From: Rubripirellula sp.
Lineage (GTDB): Bacteria > Planctomycetota > Planctomycetia > Pirellulales > Pirellulaceae
NCBI GenBank assembly: GCA_965216875.1
Contig: OZ244207.1
Span: forward strand, 4,736,001 to 4,800,000
Direction: 5' to 3'
DNA length: 64,000 nt
Every line of letters begins with the position of its first letter. The first letter of the stretch is position 1. Under the pieces are notes generated by a model. The model was not told the origin of the DNA and searched no databases. It saw only the letters and a list, made by a program, of their open reading frames with translations. Made by a program: the position numbers and the translations under genes. Shown here in pieces: positions 8,017 to 18,103 of this stretch.

Positions 8017-9729
8017 TTACGGCTTGGGCGCAGCTTCGACAAGTGTCGCAAGCTCGTCCTTGCCGACTCGCGTGCAGAATTCACCGAGCGATTCGTCGCC
8101 TTGGCGATTCGCTTTGAAGGCAGCGAAGATTCCGACCATCTCGTCAACGACTTGGTCGTCTTGAACCATGTCTTTGTAGATGTAGGCAAGTCGATTGCCG
8201 AGCCAACCGCCACCCGCGTAAAGGGTGTAGCGATCTTTCGCCTTACCAACCAACGCCAGGTCAGCGTTGTAGGGACGCGCACATCCGTTGGGGCAACCGG
8301 TCATCCGGATCGTGAACCGTTCCTTGTCGAGTCCAAGTTTCGCCAGCGGGCCTTCCAACCCATCAATGATGCTCGGTAGGCGACGCTCACTTTCGGTAAT
8401 CGCCAAACCACAGGTCGGCAGGGCGACGCACGACATCGACCAACGACGAACGGTCGAGGTTTCTTCGGTCAACGGAACATTGTTCTCTTTGATCAACGAG
8501 ATCAGCTTTTCTTTGCCACCTTCTTCGATGTCGGTGAAGATCACACTCTGGTGACCGGTCATTCGGATCTCGGTTTTGAACTCGTTGCATACCGCACGTA
8601 GCGCCGCTTTGACTTTGATGTTCTCGCTGTCATACAGGCGACCGTTTTCGATGTTCAAACCGTACGACCACTTGCCGTCACCTTGCTCTTGCCAACCCAT
8701 GTGGTCGTCAAAGCCGTGCACGTCGTCTTCGGTGCAATCTTCCAGCGGGCTACCAAAGTACTTCTCGACTTCGGCGCGGAATTTTTCGATTCCCCAATCA
8801 TTGATCAGGTATTTCATACGTGCCGTTTTGCGATCAGCACGGTTGCCGTTGTCTCGCTGGACTTTCAATACCGCTTGGCAAACACCGACAAGTTGTTCCG
8901 GGGTGGCAAAAGCCATTCGTTTCGCGAGCGCCGGGAAGGTGTTCTTCTTGGCGGGTGTCGTTCCCATGCCGCCGCCGACAAGGACGTTGTAGCCGATGAT
9001 CTTTCCGTCTCGAACAACCGCCAGCAGACCGAGGTCCTGGGTGTAGATGTCGATGCAGTTGTCTTCGGGCAGGCAGATGCCCATTTTGAACTTACGCGGA
9101 AGATAGGTCGGACCATAAAGCGGCTCGTCGATCGGACCGCCACCGGCGAGCGTCTTTTCGCCACTTTCCGGGTCGGTCAACCACAACTCGTGATAGGCAG
9201 GCGTCTGAGGCGCCATCGCTTCGGTCAATTCATCGGTCACCCGGTTCAATTCGTCGTAGACACCGCCAACGCGTTTCGCTGGGCAGCACATGATGTTTCG
9301 ATTGACATCGCCACAGGCCGCAAGCGTCGACAACTGAATGTCGTTGATCCGTTTGATCGTCGGACGCAAGTCATCTTTAAGGATGCCGTGCAATTGCAAT
9401 GTTTGGCGCGACGTGATCTTGAGCGTCGAGTTGCCAAGCTCTTCACACAAGTTCAACTGGTCGAGCATTTGATCCGATGTGATGCGACCACCCGGAATCC
9501 GCAGGCGCACCATCATCGAGTAAGCCTTGCCGCCACCCTCTTTTTTCTTGACAAGACGTTGGTCACGGTCGTCTTGCTGGTAGGTGCCGTGGAACTTCAG
9601 CAGCTGAATATTGTTCTTGTCGAAGTGGTCGATCGGATCGGCGATTTCCTCGGCGATGGTGCCGTGCAGGAAATTGCTATCGGTTTTGATCTTCTCAACG
9701 GGGCTGAGCTTCGGCGCGTCGGTGGACAT
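8017..9729 (-). CDS. cysI: Assimilatory sulfite reductase hemoprotein subunit
   Basis: LKFHGTYQQDDRD, ACGDVNRN, YLPRKFK; siroheme/4Fe-4S ligands CVALPTC and GCPNGC. Confidence 0.92.
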   Translation of the reverse strand: MSTDAPKLSPVEKIKTDSNFLHGTIAEEIADPIDHFDKNNIQLLKFHGTYQQDDRDQRLVKKKEGGGKAYSMMVRLRIPGGRITSDQMLDQLNLCEELGNSTLKITSRQTLQLHGILKDDLRPTIKRINDIQLSTLAACGDVNRNIMCCPAKRVGGVYDELNRVTDELTEAMAPQTPAYHELWLTDPESGEKTLAGGGPIDEPLYGPTYLPRKFKMGICLPEDNCIDIYTQDLGLLAVVRDGKIIGYNVLVGGGMGTTPAKKNTFPALAKRMAFATPEQLVGVCQAVLKVQRDNGNRADRKTARMKYLINDWGIEKFRAEVEKYFGSPLEDCTEDDVHGFDDHMGWQEQGDGKWSYGLNIENGRLYDSENIKVKAALRAVCNEFKTEIRMTGHQSVIFTDIEEGGKEKLISLIKENNVPLTEETSTVRRWSMSCVALPTCGLAITESERRLPSIIDGLEGPLAKLGLDKERFTIRMTGCPNGCARPYNADLALVGKAKDRYTLYAGGGWLGNRLAYIYKDMVQDDQVVDEMVGIFAAFKANRQGDESLGEFCTRVGKDELATLVEAAPKP

Positions 9730-10004
9730 CGAGACGAGTGATTCCTGTGCAAAATGGAAGACTTTGCGGCGTCGGGAACGGGTTTTCCGCAATCCCGGAA
9801 GTCTGGGTAACTATAGCCAGGGGCCCGGTTTGCCACTATGGCGCTTTCATCACCTTCAAATGGCTGCCCACTTTCCACAACCGCCCGCCCCTGGCATTCT
9901 GGGCCCTGGCATTCTGAGGCGAGATGGCGGGTCGAGGTTCATGCCTCCGCTTTGCCGCCGCCGGAATCGAACGCGAACTTGGCCCCCAACACCGCAAAAA
10001 CACC

Positions 10005-10889
10005 ATGACCGCAGATCTATTGGACGGAAAAAAGATTGCTGGCGAAATCCGGACGGATGTCGCCAAGGATGTTGCCGAGTTCACGGCCGGTGGTGGCGCC
10101 AAACCCTGTTTGGCCGCTGTTTTGGTGGGTGAAGATCCGGCCAGCCAAGTCTATGTCCGCAACAAAGAACGCGCTTGCGAAAAGGCGGGAATCGAGGGAC
10201 GCACCCTCCGTTTGCCCGCCGATTCGACTCAGCAACAATTGCTCGAACTGGTCGGCCAACTCAACGAAGACGCTTCGGTCAACGGAATCCTGGTGCAACT
10301 GCCACTTCCCAAAGGCAGCGACTTTGACGAACGCGAAGTGCTCGACGCGATCGATCCACTCAAAGACGTCGATGCCTTTTCCCCCGTCAACGTGGGGCTG
10401 TTGATGCAGGGTCGGCCGCGATTCCTACCCTGTACGCCGCACGGGGTCGTCCAGCTCTTGCATCGAACCGGACACAGTGTCGCAGGCAAACATGTCGTCG
10501 TGGTCGGCCGCAGTGACATCGTCGGCAAACCGATGGCGATGATGCTGGCACAACGCGACGGATCGTGTGGACGCGAGGTCGCCAACGCAACGGTCACGCT
10601 CGCGCACAGCCGTACGGCGAACTTGGCCGAGGTCTGCAAAACGGCCGACTGCCTGGTTGCTGCCGTAGGCGTGCCGGAGATGATTCGCGGCGACATGATC
10701 AAGCCAGGTGCGATCGTGATTGATGTCGGGATCAACCGTGTCGACGACAAGTTGGTTGGCGACGTTGCTTTCGACGAAGCCGCCGAAGTTGCTGGCGCGA
10801 TCACGCCCGTGCCCGGCGGCGTCGGCCCGCTCACCATCGCGATGCTGCTGCACAACACGCTGTTGGCCGCCAAGCTGCAACAAGCGTAA
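10005..10889 (+). CDS. folD: Bifunctional methylene-THF dehydrogenase/cyclohydrolase
   Basis: DPASQVYV, GILVQLPLP, KDVD, PCTPHG, GRSDIVGKP and TPVPGGVGPLT motifs. Confidence 0.97.
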   Translation: MTADLLDGKKIAGEIRTDVAKDVAEFTAGGGAKPCLAAVLVGEDPASQVYVRNKERACEKAGIEGRTLRLPADSTQQQLLELVGQLNEDASVNGILVQLPLPKGSDFDEREVLDAIDPLKDVDAFSPVNVGLLMQGRPRFLPCTPHGVVQLLHRTGHSVAGKHVVVVGRSDIVGKPMAMMLAQRDGSCGREVANATVTLAHSRTANLAEVCKTADCLVAAVGVPEMIRGDMIKPGAIVIDVGINRVDDKLVGDVAFDEAAEVAGAITPVPGGVGPLTIAMLLHNTLLAAKLQQA

Positions 10890-10896
10890 GGTCTTC

Positions 10897-11197
10897 GTAG
10901 GTCATGCTCCGAATGACGGGTGTTCGCATCAACCGTAGGGCCGTTTGTAGTCCAGCCTTTAGGCGGTCCGTGAGAAGATTCCGGCTAAAGCTCGGTACTA
11001 CGAACTGCCGGCTCACGAAAACCACAGCGTCCGCATCAACCGTAGCTACCTTCGCCAGAAGGTGGATTCGCTGCGTAACCGCTTCCCATCACCCCACGCT
11101 CTGGCGAGCGTAGCTACGGACGCGTAGGGCCCGACGCTAGCGCGTTCGGCTCACAAAGAATGATCGCGTGCCGATTGTCATGCGGAGCATGACCTAC
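10897..11197. repeat. Nested REP mosaic: inverted REP-A copies at both ends enclosing a REP-D pair, a REP-C pair (11042-11117) and REP-B
   Basis: GTAGGTCATGCTCCGAATGAC at 10897 and GTCATGCGGAGCATGACCTAC at 11177-11197; the internal units recur across the window. Confidence 0.9.
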
Positions 11198-14019
11198 TAG
11201 AGGAACACTTCTTTGTTGTGGACGATCGTTGTTGGCAGGTGTCCACTTGTGACCGCTTGGTCAATCACACGCTGCGCCGTTTCGTTCTTGGCGTAAACGG
11301 CTTCACCGGGACTCACGAGGTGATTCCACCACCGCTGGTAGACATCCACCAAGTCGCGTTTACTGGCCAAGACACTCGGGACGGCGTGCAACATCACTTG
11401 GCTTTGCTCGCGTGTTTCGAGCATGCGACGAATCGGCCCAGGTAGCAAAATCGCTGCCCACGATTCGGTCACCTCGTCGGCCATCCGCGGAATGATGTAT
11501 CGAGGCTGATTCAACGGTCCGATCGCCTCGGCCATCGCCGAAGCAAACCGTTCACACTCTTCCCGTGGTCGATCCTCCAAAAAGATTCGCACGTAGCCAC
11601 CGTCCCGCTGAGAGATTCTGAGTGGCGACTCCGCTTCGAGCAACTTTCGCCGCTTGGCAAGCGGCGCCGCGTCCTTGAGTGCTTTGCGGCCCACGCGCCC
11701 CGCATCGATGCCGGCCAGCGCCGCCAAGATGGATCGTCCAATCGCAACAGCGAGCGTTGCGTCCGTCCATGGCACGCGGCAACCGCGAAAGGGTGGACAA
11801 CCGCCACCCACTACCGTGCCGCGGATCTCGATCGCACGAATGGGGTCGGTTGAATAAGGATTGCCGATATCCCACATGCGATACACGTCGCTGCGTTTCG
11901 ATGCGCGAGCAATCATATCGCCGTTGATCGATTCGACATTGCCTTCGATCAATTCAGGTTGCATGTCGGTGAACGACGCGTGCACGTGCCCCACACCTTG
12001 TTCAATCGCACCATCATCACAGATGCCGAAGATCGTTTCATGCTTTCGCCGAAACCGATGATAGTCATCGAGCCCGCCGGTGAACTCGGGCGCCAGGCAC
12101 ACGACATCCCAGTTGTTGGCAAGTTTGTCGGGGGCATTTGGATCGAGGCGAATCGACCGACCACGCAATTGATTGACGGTCATCGAAGACGCGACGGTCG
12201 AAAGATCAACCAGAACGTTGATCTTGTTCGCATCCCATCCTTCGCCAAGTAGGCCGCGCGTTCCAACCAAACACTTAGTAACGCCCCGTTGAAACAGCTC
12301 GGTGATCATCTCGACGTAGACGCGAGGGCACCAATCACTCCCGCGGCCGGTGATCACACTGAACAGCCCTTCGTCCTGGCGATCGAGGGTCACCGAGAGC
12401 TGTTTTTTTTGAAACCAGAGTTTCGCCTCACCCATGAATCGCACCACAAGATCGACATCGACCAGCACGGTTGATCCCGTCAGCAGAATGGGGTCGAGCC
12501 GATTGGTCGTTTCGTCATCAAGAATCGCGCGAAACGCAGCAATCGCACCACCGGCTTCTTCATCCAATAGATGCGTGATCTCGGGTGACACGGCCGACGT
12601 CTTTTCGTAATCGGCGATCACGACCGCGCGCGTGTTGCTGCCGAGCAAGCTCCATTCGTTTTTCAGAATCGGAACCAGCGACCGAACCTTGTTGCGCGTG
12701 TACGCCAAGACTCGCGAGATCGGCGACGCGCACGGACGGCTGCCCGTTTCGGTGATCTGAACACCAAGCATTCGCAATCGGTCCGTCGCCCGCTCGGCAA
12801 GCCGGTGATCCTGCTGGCTTGGTGAACGCCGAAGCGCATGACGGGTGAAGCGATCGATTAAAACCACCAAGCGTTCCTGTGGCTCGATCGACGGTGGCGG
12901 TACGGCTGGTACGTCATCGGGCAACTTGGCGCCGCGGCGATCGAGGAACCAAATCGCCGAGGCGACAAAATCGGGGTCGCGGCCGAGAAAGTGCTGCCAA
13001 CTCGTCTCTTTGCCGGACGGCAGCAAACGGCCCGCCAACACACGCGCAAGCCAATCAACAAGCGATTCCCGCTCGTCGTCGCTGTGACAAAGCTCTTCGA
13101 CGAGTGCCTGAAACTGTTTGTCGGCCGACGCGATGAACTCGAGCTCTTCCGATGTCGGCGAAACGAAATAGGCAAGGTCTTGGTAAGGCGCGAGGTACCC
13201 GTCTTTCACAACGGCGGGCACCGGCACTTCAAAATCGACATCGCCGAAAAAGGTATCGTACCGCTTCACGTCATCGGGCTTGTGCCCGTCGCGATCGGGC
13301 GGGGTCGCGGTTAAGCCGACGACGACCGGCTGGCCCAAGTACTGGTCCACTTCCGAGAGGACACGGCCCCAATGACCCATCAGGTGATGGCACTCATCAA
13401 GGATCAACAAACCGATCGATTGATCACGAAGCCGCTGCAAGGTGTCGACACAACGATCGTGAAGCATCGAGAGTGCGCGACCGCCCGCCGCATCGTCGTC
13501 TCGAATGCGCTTGCGGTAGTACGAAAGTCGCTGCTGGTAGTAGTCTGGGTTGTGCGTGCGAAGGTCGTTGACCCAAATCTCGGCGGCCGTTGTGTTTTCG
13601 GCTTGTTCCTTTTCCAACAGCGTTTGCAACCAAAGATCGATCGCGCGTGAATCGAGCTTGTCGTCGGCTCGCGCGGGCAGCGTGATCGATTGGTAGGTCA
13701 ATGAGGTCAGCAGTGCCGGCCGGTCCGCAGAGGTGCTGACGATCTCGTCTTGCGAAATCGTCGAACCGGCAACCGAAAAGAGGTTGGCTTGCGATGCCCA
13801 TTGGGCTTGGATGGCTGAGTTTGGCGAAAGCACCAAAGCAGGCTTCTTGATCATGCAGGCCCAAAGGTAGAGCCCAAGGATCGTCTTGCCCGAACCAGGT
13901 GGAGCGACCACGTGGATCCGCCGCTTGCCGCCCGCGAGTTGCTCGGCGGCAATCGATTCAACAGCGCGTTGTGACGGCCTGAGCGATCCCTGAAAACGAA
14001 ACTCGGGGAATCCCGTCAC
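11197..14019 (-). CDS. SF2 (DEAD/DEAH-box, ResIII-like) helicase/ATPase
   Basis: APPGSGKT, LDECHH, LTATPP, LGEGWD and QLRGRSIR motifs; start GTG 14019 chosen. Confidence 0.88.
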   Translation of the reverse strand: MTGFPEFRFQGSLRPSQRAVESIAAEQLAGGKRRIHVVAPPGSGKTILGLYLWACMIKKPALVLSPNSAIQAQWASQANLFSVAGSTISQDEIVSTSADRPALLTSLTYQSITLPARADDKLDSRAIDLWLQTLLEKEQAENTTAAEIWVNDLRTHNPDYYQQRLSYYRKRIRDDDAAGGRALSMLHDRCVDTLQRLRDQSIGLLILDECHHLMGHWGRVLSEVDQYLGQPVVVGLTATPPDRDGHKPDDVKRYDTFFGDVDFEVPVPAVVKDGYLAPYQDLAYFVSPTSEELEFIASADKQFQALVEELCHSDDERESLVDWLARVLAGRLLPSGKETSWQHFLGRDPDFVASAIWFLDRRGAKLPDDVPAVPPPSIEPQERLVVLIDRFTRHALRRSPSQQDHRLAERATDRLRMLGVQITETGSRPCASPISRVLAYTRNKVRSLVPILKNEWSLLGSNTRAVVIADYEKTSAVSPEITHLLDEEAGGAIAAFRAILDDETTNRLDPILLTGSTVLVDVDLVVRFMGEAKLWFQKKQLSVTLDRQDEGLFSVITGRGSDWCPRVYVEMITELFQRGVTKCLVGTRGLLGEGWDANKINVLVDLSTVASSMTVNQLRGRSIRLDPNAPDKLANNWDVVCLAPEFTGGLDDYHRFRRKHETIFGICDDGAIEQGVGHVHASFTDMQPELIEGNVESINGDMIARASKRSDVYRMWDIGNPYSTDPIRAIEIRGTVVGGGCPPFRGCRVPWTDATLAVAIGRSILAALAGIDAGRVGRKALKDAAPLAKRRKLLEAESPLRISQRDGGYVRIFLEDRPREECERFASAMAEAIGPLNQPRYIIPRMADEVTESWAAILLPGPIRRMLETREQSQVMLHAVPSVLASKRDLVDVYQRWWNHLVSPGEAVYAKNETAQRVIDQAVTSGHLPTTIVHNKEVFL

Positions 14020-14030
14020 GTTGCGATCAC

Positions 14031-14813
14031 CTACTGAGTCTTGCCAAGTTTGCCGGCCGCCCAAAGCGTTCCGTTGGCCAATGCGTCAAGGAAGACTTCG
14101 TCTTGAAAGGTTTCGTTACTGTGCCCATAGGTCGTCCCGAAAACGCGAGCTTTACCAAACTGATTGACCCAAAAGACTGCGTGCTCTTTGCCTGTCTTCT
14201 CGCTCTTTGAAGTTGCCAAAACCGTTGTCTTGGGCCACACCTTTTCGATGATGTAAAGCTCATCGATTGCCGAAGTGTGATTGGCTGGAAAACCGTCCAT
14301 CACAGGATGATCGCCGGCTACGACTTTAATCGGATACTCGCTTTTGTGTTCGTGGCGGCGACTGGTGACCCCAAGGAACTCACGCCAGTCATCAACCTTG
14401 GCGTCACGGTAGGTGTGCATCGCACAGTGAATCACAACCGCGTTGACGCCTTCACGATGCGGCTTGGTGATCTTGCGAATGTAGTCGGCTTCGTCGGTCT
14501 TTGCGAAGCACTCATTGTGAATCACCACGTCAAAACCATCCGCCCAATCTTCTTTTTCATAGAGATCGATTTGGGCCGATGTCCCTTTGCCACCTTCGTT
14601 AACCACCGTCCAAGTCGCGACCACGCCGCGTTCCTTTAGCGCCAATTGCATCGTCTTGGATTGGTAGTCGTAGTCATGGCAACAACCGCCGGTGATCAGC
14701 AAGATGTTGATCGAATCAGACTTTTCATCAGCGTGAGCCGTACAAGCGGAATCCAACGAACAGGCTGCAAGGCAAGCCAGCAAGCAAAGTGAACGGTGAA
14801 GGAGTTTGAACAT
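14031..14813 (-). CDS. Secreted ThuA-like (class I glutamine amidotransferase-like fold) protein
   Basis: Signal peptide; ILLITGGCCHDY, DELY and GKARVFGTTYGH motifs. Confidence 0.82.
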   Translation of the reverse strand: MFKLLHRSLCLLACLAACSLDSACTAHADEKSDSINILLITGGCCHDYDYQSKTMQLALKERGVVATWTVVNEGGKGTSAQIDLYEKEDWADGFDVVIHNECFAKTDEADYIRKITKPHREGVNAVVIHCAMHTYRDAKVDDWREFLGVTSRRHEHKSEYPIKVVAGDHPVMDGFPANHTSAIDELYIIEKVWPKTTVLATSKSEKTGKEHAVFWVNQFGKARVFGTTYGHSNETFQDEVFLDALANGTLWAAGKLGKTQ

Positions 14814-14952
14814 TGGATCTCCGAACAAACTGTGGTGGGGTGGGGCAGGGCAGGGGATGCAGGTCGCATGATACACCGAATCGAAGCGGAAAGCGCCGTG
14901 AGCGGCGTGGGTGTTCGTTGCCGGTCTGATGCCGATTTCGTATGCATTGACA

Positions 14953-15054
14953 CTCTCCCTTGGGAGAGTCGGGCTCTCAGGCCCGGAGAGGGATTGCCTT
15001 GCTGAAGGCCCTCCCCGGACTTTGCGTCCGACCCTCCCGCAAGCGGGAGGGTGA
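14953..15054. repeat. REP-F element (CTCTCCCTTGGGAGAG...CCCTCCCGCAAGCGGGAGGGTGA)
   Basis: Arms near-identical to 4935-5041, with a different central spacer. Confidence 0.88.
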
Positions 15055-15094
15055 TCGAAGCTTCCGCCCAATGGCGGGACCACAGACCGCACAT

Positions 15095-15128
15095 AAAAAA
15101 ACGCGTTCGGGCCGTGACCCGAACGCGT
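15095..15128 (-). terminator. Intrinsic terminator of the DUF4912 gene
   Basis: 11-bp perfect stem ACGCGTTCGGG/CCCGAACGCGT, 6-nt loop, then a T run on the minus strand, about 30 nt after the stop. Confidence 0.8.
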
Positions 15129-15156
15129 GATGATGACTCTTGCCTGGTGTCTGATC

Positions 15157-16434
15157 TTAGAGTCGCTCTTGCAACTCAACCGGCTCCATCACTTTTGTGT
15201 TTCGCTCAACAGCGACCACGGTCGTGCGTTGACGCAGACCATCGCGACTCTCTGCCGTCACTGGCAGGACTTGTCGCTTGTCGGGAAGTTCCATGCGAAC
15301 CGTAAACGATCCATCCGGCTGGAGCTTCACGGGGCGACCCGCGACCATGACCGACGCGCTAGCGGCGGTCTTGCCGTAGATGATTAGTTCGGCGTCGACA
15401 TCAAACGGAAGCTTTGCCTGACGCAGTAGGGTTGGATCGGCAACCGTCTGGCCTTGCTCGCCACGGGTTGGCATCGGCCGACGCAGGCGCTCTTCGAAGA
15501 CATCCTTCAAATCGCCACCGTCAGTGTCGTAGCCACCGCTAAGCGAGTAAATACGTTCGTAATCTTCGGCGATGTCTCGCCAATGTTCGTCGAGACGTTC
15601 GCATTCACCTGGACGCGGTGTTTCAACCACGTTACTTCGACAAACCGTGTAGAACTCGTTGTTGTCCGACAGGTAACCGATCGCCACGCGGAAGCGAGCA
15701 GGAGGTTCATCAACATCGATGTACCAGTTGTCGACACCACCGTGGATCGGGATATCACGTTCGACACTTTCAGCACGATTGCTGCTGACGTCGCCAACGG
15801 TCAAAACGCGAAGCACTGGGATCGCGGTGTGCCAGCGTTCGGCCATGGCCGATTGAGCACGCTCGACGCTGGCGCGGGTGATTTCCCAAGTCGCTTGCAA
15901 CCAGAAGGCGTCGCGAACGAGCAACACGATGCGGTCTTGGTGAGGTTCGTCAGCACGTGTGCGTTTGGTTCCGCCGCGAACTGCGGCGCCACCGACCAGA
16001 GTGCCAGTGGAAAGGTCTTTGTTCTTTTGCTGGGCGTCACGCCGTTTTCGCATCTGCTGGCGAATCTTAAGTGACTTGGCCGAAACAGGCGGAGCCTTGG
16101 GAGCTTCAGGCTTCTTTTTCTTTTCGGCTGGCTTCTTGGCCGCGGGGGTTCGCTTTTCTGCGGTCACCGAACGAGAGGCGGTGGGAGAAGATTTGGCAGA
16201 GCTTTTTGCCTTTGGCGAAGCCGCTTTCGCGGACGCTTTGGCTGAAGAGCCTTTTGGCTTGCCGTTCTTCTCGGCGGTGGCTTTGCGTCGCAAGCGTCGC
16301 TGAACCTTCTTGATCTCCTCGATCAACTCATCCTTTTTCATGCCGTGCCAACCTGCAATGCCATAGTTTCTGGCCAGGTCGGCGAGCTCACGGCGTGTTT
16401 GAGCCTTCAAATCAGCGGTTGTGATCACCTGCAT
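15157..16434 (-). CDS. DUF4912 domain protein with an N-terminal Rho_N-like domain and a Lys/Ala/Ser-rich linker
   Basis: ELADLARNYGI.GW..MKKDELIEEI (Rho_N-like); RIVLLVRDAFWLQATWE, NWYIDV and DAELIIYGKT (DUF4912 proteins). Confidence 0.8.
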   Translation of the reverse strand: MQVITTADLKAQTRRELADLARNYGIAGWHGMKKDELIEEIKKVQRRLRRKATAEKNGKPKGSSAKASAKAASPKAKSSAKSSPTASRSVTAEKRTPAAKKPAEKKKKPEAPKAPPVSAKSLKIRQQMRKRRDAQQKNKDLSTGTLVGGAAVRGGTKRTRADEPHQDRIVLLVRDAFWLQATWEITRASVERAQSAMAERWHTAIPVLRVLTVGDVSSNRAESVERDIPIHGGVDNWYIDVDEPPARFRVAIGYLSDNNEFYTVCRSNVVETPRPGECERLDEHWRDIAEDYERIYSLSGGYDTDGGDLKDVFEERLRRPMPTRGEQGQTVADPTLLRQAKLPFDVDAELIIYGKTAASASVMVAGRPVKLQPDGSFTVRMELPDKRQVLPVTAESRDGLRQRTTVVAVERNTKVMEPVELQERL

Positions 16435-17168
16435 CTCCCAAATCCCGATTCAACGGACGGTTGAATCAATGTTGTTAATCTTTTTCGGCTCACCGCATGC
16501 GGTGATCGCCGATGTCCCCGTACAGTCCGTTGCGCGCGACGATTTCCGGAATTTCAGCGTCATCATGGGCTGTGACCGGCAGGGGTGCGTCTGCGGTGAT
16601 TTTCTTGGTCTTCCCCATAAGCCCCGACAGTCCTTGATCGATGACCCAAACGGCCAAACAAGGCACAGCCAAAGGGCGGGGTTCACGACCCGCTCAAACA
16701 GCAGTAACGGCACAATCGTCACCTGAAACATTATGCCAAGGGACGGCCGTTAGTTCTAGATGCTGGGGGCCATGATTCACCACATTGGGGCAAAAACTGC
16801 GGAATTCTGCTGCGGAAATCGCTATGAAAGGACAATCTTTTCTCGCTTCACCAAACCACCGAGTCGTCATTCTCCATTCGCCCTAGTCCAGCCTGTCTGC
16901 CAGACCCTCCTGGCTTGTGCTTTGGAGTCCGATCCGCCCTAAAAGGCCAGCTGCGGAACCGCTGGCCATTTCGCACAAAACAGGGTGCGACACTCGGTCG
17001 CTGGCACTAGCCGCCGGCTAATCGCAAGTCAAACTACGCACACAGGTCGCCGCCGATCTCACCTCGAAAGGGTGTCGGTTCCGCACGATGTGCTGTCTCA
17101 GCACACACGTTCGGGCCAACTCAGCCCCTCGAGCAACGACTCGGCAGTCATTGCTTTGGCAACGCCTC

Positions 17169-17411
17169 ATGAACGACGAGTCGCCCTTTGGCGGAAAATC
17201 GAAGCCGTGGATGCGGCTGGTCGGACTGGGGACGGAACTGGCAACCTTCACTCTCGTCATCGCCGGTCTTGGCTACGTCCTCGATTGGTATCGCCAACAC
17301 GAAACACCTTATGGCTTGGCGGGAGGAACGTTGATCGGTTTCATCCTTGGCATGACACGATTCATCATGCAGGCAATGCAATCGATGAATCAGCCACCCG
17401 AGGACCAGTGA
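17169..17411 (+). CDS. AtpZ/AtpI-family small membrane protein (first gene of the atp operon)
   Basis: Two TM helices with the G.ELA......GLGY.LD......PYG pattern; position at the head of the atp operon. Confidence 0.75.
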   Translation: MNDESPFGGKSKPWMRLVGLGTELATFTLVIAGLGYVLDWYRQHETPYGLAGGTLIGFILGMTRFIMQAMQSMNQPPEDQ

Positions 17412-17545
17412 AGCAGGCGTCAGTGCACGCTGACCCCTCAAACCTGGCCCACGCATTGGCTACCGAGTGACATTCGTTGCTGGTAGCCGACGCTCTGCGG
17501 CGACCTTGAACCGCACTACCTTTATCAACTCACATCCGCCCAGCC

Positions 17546-18088
17546 GTGTCCGCCCCATCGCAACCTGCCGAAAGCAGCCAAGACCAAGTGGTCATGCGCC
17601 GCCAGACGGCTGCGGTTTGGACGGTCGCCCTCCGCCGCCAAACGGCAATCTGGCTTTGCGGAACGATCGTCTCGCTCGCAGCGGGGCCGATGCTTGAGCC
17701 GGCCGTGTCCCAAGCAGCCATCCTCATTGCGATTGCAAGCGGATTGATTGCAATTTTGCCGACGGTTTGCGGTTTCTTGGCGACGATTTTGTTGCCCTCA
17801 AACGCCGAGAAAGACGGCCCGCAAAGCAGGTTCGTCCGAACAGCGATCGCCGGAATGGTCGTTCGCGTCGTTGGGACCGTTGCACTTTTTGCAACATGCC
17901 GTTATCACTTGGCCGCGTCAGCCGAAACGATCGCTGCGTTGACCATCGGATGGTACGTCACCTTGGCTGCGGTTGAGTTCGTGGCGTTGATACAGCACTC
18001 CGGTCGCACCATCGAAACGCTTGGCGGATCGTCCGAATCGGCCGGTCACCAAGTCATGACGCACGTTCAAAGCGAATCACTTAGTTAG
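17546..18088 (+). CDS. Four-TM membrane protein, probable ATP synthase accessory (AtpI-like)
   Basis: Four hydrophobic segments; lies between the AtpZ-like gene and atpB; start uncertain. Confidence 0.55.
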   Translation: MSAPSQPAESSQDQVVMRRQTAAVWTVALRRQTAIWLCGTIVSLAAGPMLEPAVSQAAILIAIASGLIAILPTVCGFLATILLPSNAEKDGPQSRFVRTAIAGMVVRVVGTVALFATCRYHLAASAETIAALTIGWYVTLAAVEFVALIQHSGRTIETLGGSSESAGHQVMTHVQSESLS

Positions 18089-18103
18089 GCAACCATAAGT
18101 TCG

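Noticed and set aside
14814..15179. Long N-terminal extension of the ThuA ORF in the track; similar extensions on the ORFs starting at 152, 38202 and 60440
   Set aside because: The extensions run through repeats, terminators or promoter DNA. Downstream starts give proper signal peptides or domain boundaries.
16435..17168. Long intergenic region that could hide an ncRNA or small gene
   Set aside because: I recognised no RNA motif or convincing ORF; it is consistent with divergent promoters. An Rfam scan would be needed to exclude an RNA.
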